Shown piece after piece: positions 59,213-64,000 of a DNA stretch of 64,000 nucleotides (positions are counted from its first letter, which is position 1; each line of letters begins with the position of its first letter). The DNA is from Vicinamibacterales bacterium (GTDB lineage: Bacteria > Acidobacteriota > Vicinamibacteria > Vicinamibacterales > UBA2999). Both the position numbers and the translations under genes were made by a program. The stretch is from positions 7,623 to 71,622 of the forward strand of contig DASPNQ010000209.1 of NCBI GenBank assembly GCA_035626435.1, written 5' to 3'. A model generated the notes under the pieces. That model saw only the letters and a program-made list of their open reading frames with translations. It searched no databases and was not told the DNA's origin.

Positions 59213-61657
59213 TTATTCGGACCTCAGCGCTTCCATCACATCCACACGCGACGCTCGCGTCGCGGGCATCAGCGACGCGACGACGGCGGCGGCGATCAGC
59301 ACCGCGGCCGCGCCGGCAAGCGGCATCACGCCTGGCACTTCGATCTCGCCAAAAAAGCCGCCGGCGAAGCGCAGCAACGCAAATCCGGCGATGATCCCCG
59401 TGACGATGCCGGCAGCAGCGATGAGCGCGCCTTCCTTCAATATCCGCGTCAGCAGGTCCGAGGGTGTCGATCCGATGGCGAGGCGGACGCCGAACTCTCG
59501 CATGCGCGCGCTGACCGAGAACGCCAACACGCCCGCGACGCCGACGATCGCGATCGTCAGCGCGACCAGCGCGAACCCGCCAAACACCAGAGTGTTGACG
59601 CGATTGGGCGCGAGCACTTCGGCGCGAACGTCCTCGAGCGTCGCCGCTCGCTCGACAGGCTGCTCGGCGGAGATGTCGCGGATGATCTTCGTGATGGGCG
59701 TGACCAGCGTGTAGGGATCCACCTTCGCGTGCACGAACAGCCGGCCGCCGCCGAACTCCTGCTCCATCGGGTGATAGACGGTCAGCTTCGGTCCCGGAAC
59801 AATGTTTTCATCGTCTAGGTCCGCCGCGATGCCGACGATGCGGCGTCCGCCGGTCGAAATGCCGATGAACTTCATCACGGGATCGGTCCACATCAACTTG
59901 CGGTTGACGACTTCCTGGGTGTTGAACATCCGCCGCGCCACGCTCTCGCTGATGATTACGACCTTTTCGGTGTCGGACCGATCGTTGTCGTTGAAGTCGC
60001 GGCCGGCGATGATCGGGACACCGAGCGAGCGGAAAAATCCGGGCGACACGGTCCGGAAGCTCGCGCGCGGATCGTCCTCGCCGTCGGCTTTCTGATAACC
60101 CTCGACGGTGAACTGCGCGTCGAAGAAGGCCCCCGCCTCGCGCCACGGCACGATGGTGCCGACCGCCACCTGTTCGACGCCGGGCAAATCGCCGATCTTA
60201 CGGATCGCTTCGCGATACAACGGCAGCGTCTGTTCGGGCGGCCGCTCGAAATTCAACGGAACGTGCACTGCGAGCACGTTGCGGAGGTCGACCCCGGTAT
60301 TCTGTCGCTGCAGGGCGATCAGGGTCGCCAGCAACGCGCCGGCACCCGCCAGCAGCACGAACGACGCGGCGATCTGCGTCACGGCAAACGCTTGCAGGCG
60401 GCGATTGGTGCCGCTGGTGACGCGGACGCTGCCCGTTGACAATCCGAGGCCCGCTGCCGAATCCGCCGAGGGCAGCCGCGGCACAAACGCCAGCAGCACC
60501 GACGAGATCAACGCGAGCGTGACGCCCACCCACAACAGCGTGGAATCGACGGTCAGATCGAGCGCGCGCACCGAGTAGCGAGACGCGTAGCGAGCGATGA
60601 CGTTCAACATCGGTCGCGCGATGAGGACGCCAAGAACAGCGCCGGCGCCGCACAGCAAGACACTTTCCGCGAGCAGCGTGCGCCGCAGGGCGCCGACGCC
60701 GGCGCCAAGGGCGGCGCGCACCGCGAGCTCGCCCTCGCGGCGCACCGATCGCGCGAGGATCAGGTTGGCGACGTTCGAACACGCGATGATGAAGATCAAG
60801 CCAGACGCGCCGAGCAGTACCAGCAGGATGGTGCGCGCGGGAGACGTGATCTGATCGCGCAGCCTGACGGCGTTGATTCTGAAATCATCGCGCGGCGGAT
60901 AAGCTTCCTTGTGCGCTGCCATCATTGCGGCATGCACCGTGCGCAGCTCGGCGACCGCCTGCTCGAGACTCGCGCCCGGCACCAGCCGGCCGAACAACTC
61001 CGTCATGCGATGCACGCGGCCGTCCTGCATGGTCGCCGACATGTGATGTGAGCTGGTCACGACGTTGGCGATCAGTTGCGTTTCCGCGGGATACGGCACC
61101 GACGGCTCGAGTATGCCGATGATCGTCGAGGCGCGATCGCCGAGTTTGATCTGCTTGCCAAGCAGCGTCTCGTCGCTGCCCAGCGATTCCGTCCAGAAGC
61201 GATGCGTCAGTACCGTAACGCTGGCAGCCTGCGGGCCGTCGTCGGTGGCATCGATCAACCGGCCGCGAATCGGCTGCAGACCCATCACCGGGAAAAACGA
61301 TCCGCTCACGACACCGGCGCGGACTACGCGCGGTTCGCCGAGGCCGACCAACGTGAAATCGATGGTCGAGAAATCGCCCAACTTGCCGATGGTCTTGAGC
61401 CCCGCCTGAAGGTCGTTGATCTCGGGAACCGAGAAGTTGACGTTTTCGGCGCCGCGCCCCGGCGCGCTCTGGCGAATGTAGACGAGCCGCTCTTCGTCGT
61501 CATTGACGAGCGGCGCCAGCAACACGCCGCGCACGACGGAGAAAATCGCCGCATTGGCGCCGATGCCAAGGGCGAGCGTCACAATCACGGTCAGAGCCAG
61601 CCCGCGCGCGCGGGCGAGCGAACGAATCGCGTATCGGAAGTCGGTCAGCAGTCCCAT
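59213..61657 (-). CDS. MacB/FtsX-type duplicated ABC permease (ADOP-like, short N-terminus)
   Basis: Start taken at MGLLTDFRYAIRSLARARGLALTVIVTLALGIGANAAIFS (ATG 61657). The tracked ORF starts at TTG 61672. Two MacB-core/FtsX halves. Confidence 0.85.
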   Translation of the reverse strand: MGLLTDFRYAIRSLARARGLALTVIVTLALGIGANAAIFSVVRGVLLAPLVNDDEERLVYIRQSAPGRGAENVNFSVPEINDLQAGLKTIGKLGDFSTIDFTLVGLGEPRVVRAGVVSGSFFPVMGLQPIRGRLIDATDDGPQAASVTVLTHRFWTESLGSDETLLGKQIKLGDRASTIIGILEPSVPYPAETQLIANVVTSSHHMSATMQDGRVHRMTELFGRLVPGASLEQAVAELRTVHAAMMAAHKEAYPPRDDFRINAVRLRDQITSPARTILLVLLGASGLIFIIACSNVANLILARSVRREGELAVRAALGAGVGALRRTLLAESVLLCGAGAVLGVLIARPMLNVIARYASRYSVRALDLTVDSTLLWVGVTLALISSVLLAFVPRLPSADSAAGLGLSTGSVRVTSGTNRRLQAFAVTQIAASFVLLAGAGALLATLIALQRQNTGVDLRNVLAVHVPLNFERPPEQTLPLYREAIRKIGDLPGVEQVAVGTIVPWREAGAFFDAQFTVEGYQKADGEDDPRASFRTVSPGFFRSLGVPIIAGRDFNDNDRSDTEKVVIISESVARRMFNTQEVVNRKLMWTDPVMKFIGISTGGRRIVGIAADLDDENIVPGPKLTVYHPMEQEFGGGRLFVHAKVDPYTLVTPITKIIRDISAEQPVERAATLEDVRAEVLAPNRVNTLVFGGFALVALTIAIVGVAGVLAFSVSARMREFGVRLAIGSTPSDLLTRILKEGALIAAAGIVTGIIAGFALLRFAGGFFGEIEVPGVMPLAGAAAVLIAAAVVASLMPATRASRVDVMEALRSE

Positions 61658-61949
61658 GACAGATCCATTCAACGTCTGGCGATGAAGTTATTACGTCGAG
61701 CTCGTCGCTCACTATGTGGCGAGCGCAACGCGTATTCAAGCGATCTACGCATCGTCATCGAGCCATGCCGGCCAAGGCACCGGCTCCTGCTTAGACGTCG
61801 AACGGGAATCGTCAGGATCGACAGGGTGTTTCTGCATCAACCGGCGCTTAGTGCAGACGCCAATTATCGCAAGCTAACCCATTTAGGTTCAGCAACTTAA
61901 GTCAATCTTGGCCCGCCTCAGGCAACAGCGCTTCTCAACGCTCTGGTCA

Positions 61950-63713
61950 TCAGGGGCGCCGTTCGGCCGCAGCAGCGCGGGTGGCCGCCTCGCCAAACAA
62001 TTCCGTGTGCGCACGCGCCCGCTCGCGATCGATCTGCTCGGCCGTCGCGCCCAATCGCGACAGCAGATCCTCGACGAACGCCAGTGCCACTTCGCCTTCG
62101 CCGGCGAAGACGGTATCGGCGCCGGCTTCCCGGAGTTCCGCCAGGTCACGCAAGTACGGGGCGCGCGCCAGCACGCGGATGCGCGGGTTGGTCTCGCGTG
62201 CCGCGCGGATCACTTCACTGCTGTTGGCCATTCCGGCGGACGTCAGGATGAGCGTGTTGGCGCCGTCGACGCCGGCCTCGATCAGCGTTTCCGGCCGCGT
62301 CGCGTCGCCGTAGACGGCGTCGAGGCCCTCATCGCGGATGGCGCGGACAGTCTCGATATTGAGCTCGATGATCGTCGGCTCGATGCCGCTTTCTTTCAGC
62401 AGTCGGGCAACGGTCTTTCCAGTCGGGCCGTAACCGACCAGCACCGCCCGGTGCGCCTTCCGTGCTGTACGCATCTCGCGTGACACTTCGCCCCCGTCGA
62501 GCGGCGCCGCCCGGTCGAGTAGCGAGCGCAGGCGCGCGTGGCGGGTGACCCACGCCACGATCGGCTCCACCGTCCGGAACAGCAGCGGGTTGACGACGAT
62601 GGACACGATCGAAGCGGCAACGATGGTGTTGGTGGCCTCGATCGTCAACAACCCGAGGTCGCGTCCGAGTGTCGAGAGAATGAAGGAGAACTCGCCGATT
62701 TGCGCGAGCGCGATGGCGACGGTGATCGAGTCTCTGAATGGCTGCCGCAGCAGCCACATCACCACGAACGCCGTCACAGGGGTCGCGATCAGGATAATCG
62801 CCAGCGTTCCGGCGAACAGCATCGGCGCGTCGAATAGTGAGGCCGGATCCAGCAGCAGACCGACGGACACAAAAAACAATACGGCAAACGCGTCGCGCAT
62901 CGGCAACGCATCCGATGCGGCGCGTAGACTGAAATCCGATCGGCCGACGATCATGCCGGCGAGGAACGCGCCGAGCGCCATCGACACGCCGAATACCACC
63001 GACGAACCCACCGCGATCCCGAGTGCGATGACGAGGACCGTCAACGTAAACAACTCGCGCGACCGCGTGACGGCGACACGTTCGAGCACCCATGGGATGA
63101 CACGCGAGCCGACGAATCCTGTGAAGAACACGAGTCCCGAGACTTTCAGGATCGTCCACCCGACCGCCATCCAGATCGGCCGGCCGGTGTCGACGCCCCC
63201 GACGACGGCCGGCAACAGGACGATCGCCAGCACCGTCAGCAGGTCTTCGACGACGAGCCATCCGACGGCGATGTGCCCGGCAGGCGTGTGGAGCGTATTG
63301 TTGTCGGAAAGGACGCGCACCACGACCACGGTGCTCGCGACCGCGAGGGCAATGCCGAACACGATGCCGGCGCCCCAGCTCCACCCAAACGACGTCGCCA
63401 GCATCGCGCCAAGCAGCGTTGCCACGCTGCATTGCACCAGCGCGCCGGGCACCGCGACGCCGCGGACGGCGAGGAGCTCTTCGAGGTGGAATTGCAGGCC
63501 GACCCCGAACATCAGCAGGATGACGCCAATTTCCGCGAGCTGCTGCGCCAGTTCCGCGTCGACTGTCAGTCCGGGCGTGTTCGGACCGACGACCATGCCG
63601 GCAAGCAGGTAGCCGACGATGGGCGACAGGCCGAGTCGCTGAGTGATGTAGCCGAGGAGGAGCGCCCCGGCAAGCCCGGCCGTGAGCGTGACGATCAGCT
63701 CGTACTCATGCAT
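61950..63713 (-). CDS. CPA2-family cation:proton antiporter with C-terminal RCK/TrkA-N domain (Kef-type)
   Basis: 587 aa. N-terminus LGLSPIVGYLLAGMVVGP, about 12 TM helices, then a Rossmann RCK domain (AVLVGYGPTGKTVARLL). Confidence 0.85.
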   Translation of the reverse strand: MHEYELIVTLTAGLAGALLLGYITQRLGLSPIVGYLLAGMVVGPNTPGLTVDAELAQQLAEIGVILLMFGVGLQFHLEELLAVRGVAVPGALVQCSVATLLGAMLATSFGWSWGAGIVFGIALAVASTVVVVRVLSDNNTLHTPAGHIAVGWLVVEDLLTVLAIVLLPAVVGGVDTGRPIWMAVGWTILKVSGLVFFTGFVGSRVIPWVLERVAVTRSRELFTLTVLVIALGIAVGSSVVFGVSMALGAFLAGMIVGRSDFSLRAASDALPMRDAFAVLFFVSVGLLLDPASLFDAPMLFAGTLAIILIATPVTAFVVMWLLRQPFRDSITVAIALAQIGEFSFILSTLGRDLGLLTIEATNTIVAASIVSIVVNPLLFRTVEPIVAWVTRHARLRSLLDRAAPLDGGEVSREMRTARKAHRAVLVGYGPTGKTVARLLKESGIEPTIIELNIETVRAIRDEGLDAVYGDATRPETLIEAGVDGANTLILTSAGMANSSEVIRAARETNPRIRVLARAPYLRDLAELREAGADTVFAGEGEVALAFVEDLLSRLGATAEQIDRERARAHTELFGEAATRAAAAERRP

Positions 63714-63749
63714 CAGCGCATGTAGTCTGACAGATGCGCGCCGCGCAGG

Positions 63750-64000
63750 TTAGCCGAGCCGCTGGCGGATTCGTTCAATCTGCGCGAGGTGCATCAGGTC
63801 GTGACCGGCGTAGAGCCGGACCAGATAACCGGCGCTCTCCTCACCGCGTTCCGCGTGGACACCGACGCGCTTCAAGTCATCCGGAGTTGCGCGCTCGATC
63901 AGCCGCAAGTTGTCGCGCCGCAACACCGCGAAGGTTTCGAGCGACTCGTTCGGATCGGCGTTGGCGTAATCAAGCCGCTCGGCCCACAGATCCTGATCGA
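63750..64000 (-). CDS. DinB-family protein, C-terminal part (5' end beyond the window)
   Basis: Hand translation of the minus strand: ...DQDLWAERLDYANADPNESLETFAVLRRDNLRLIERATPDDLKRVGVHAERGEESAGYLVRLYAGHDLMHLAQIERIRQRLG, stop at 63750-63752. The AGHDLMHLAQI end is typical of DinB/YfiT-like four-helix proteins. Confidence 0.6.
   Translation of the reverse strand, partial: DQDLWAERLDYANADPNESLETFAVLRRDNLRLIERATPDDLKRVGVHAERGEESAGYLVRLYAGHDLMHLAQIERIRQRLG

Noticed and set aside
61673-61949. A 277-nt lower-GC intergenic region as a possible small RNA gene
   Set aside because: Only weak hairpins are present (for example TCTGCA...TGCAGA around 61834-61859), with no terminator or recognisable motif. 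It is more simply the promoter region of the 59213-61657 permease plus the 3' flank of the Kef-type gene.

Overview
High-GC bacterial chromosomal segment with about 60 protein-coding genes. I recognise no rRNA, tRNA, CRISPR, transposase, integrase or phage genes. Gene content, in order: the 3' part of a caa3-type cytochrome oxidase operon (subunits I, III, IV); a DEAD-box helicase; two PadR + ADOP (duplicated orphan permease) pairs and three further MacB/FtsX-type permeases, none with an ABC ATPase; trkA-trkH; an MFS transporter; an orphan sensor kinase and one complete response-regulator/kinase pair; a DUF1592/DUF1552 pair followed by an exported ankyrin protein and a SorA-like molybdoenzyme; a malate-synthase-like enzyme; cupins; M48 and met-zincin proteases; a YcaQ/AlkZ-type glycosylase; a PQQ sugar dehydrogenase; bactofilin; an Arch_ATPase-type NTPase; an eRF1/Vms1-like release-factor homologue; an Ada-AlkA fusion; a subclass B3 metallo-beta-lactamase; DUF72; PilT; a Kef-type antiporter; and a DinB fragment. 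The PadR/ADOP and DUF1592/DUF1552 signatures suggest Acidobacteriota (inference only). Four things are not explained by the ordinary gene list. (1) Several sequence-unrelated families of 7-8 nt tandem arrays fill intergenic gaps almost from stop codon to stop codon. Four arrays are of the G-quadruplex-capable unit KAGGGAGC. Inverted pairs of them bracket a four-helix-bundle (23S-IVS/Avd family) gene and the DEAD-box helicase gene. (2) A bacterial eRF1/Vms1-like protein is translationally coupled to a small acidic protein. (3) A -10-like hexamer recurs 6-7 nt upstream of start codons, implying leaderless mRNAs. Some of these sites carry nested palindromes or helically phased TACGTAAT boxes. (4) Exported versions of normally cytoplasmic enzyme folds occur (SAM methyltransferases, an HD/MIOX-like protein). 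All functional calls come from motif recognition by eye. No database search was run.
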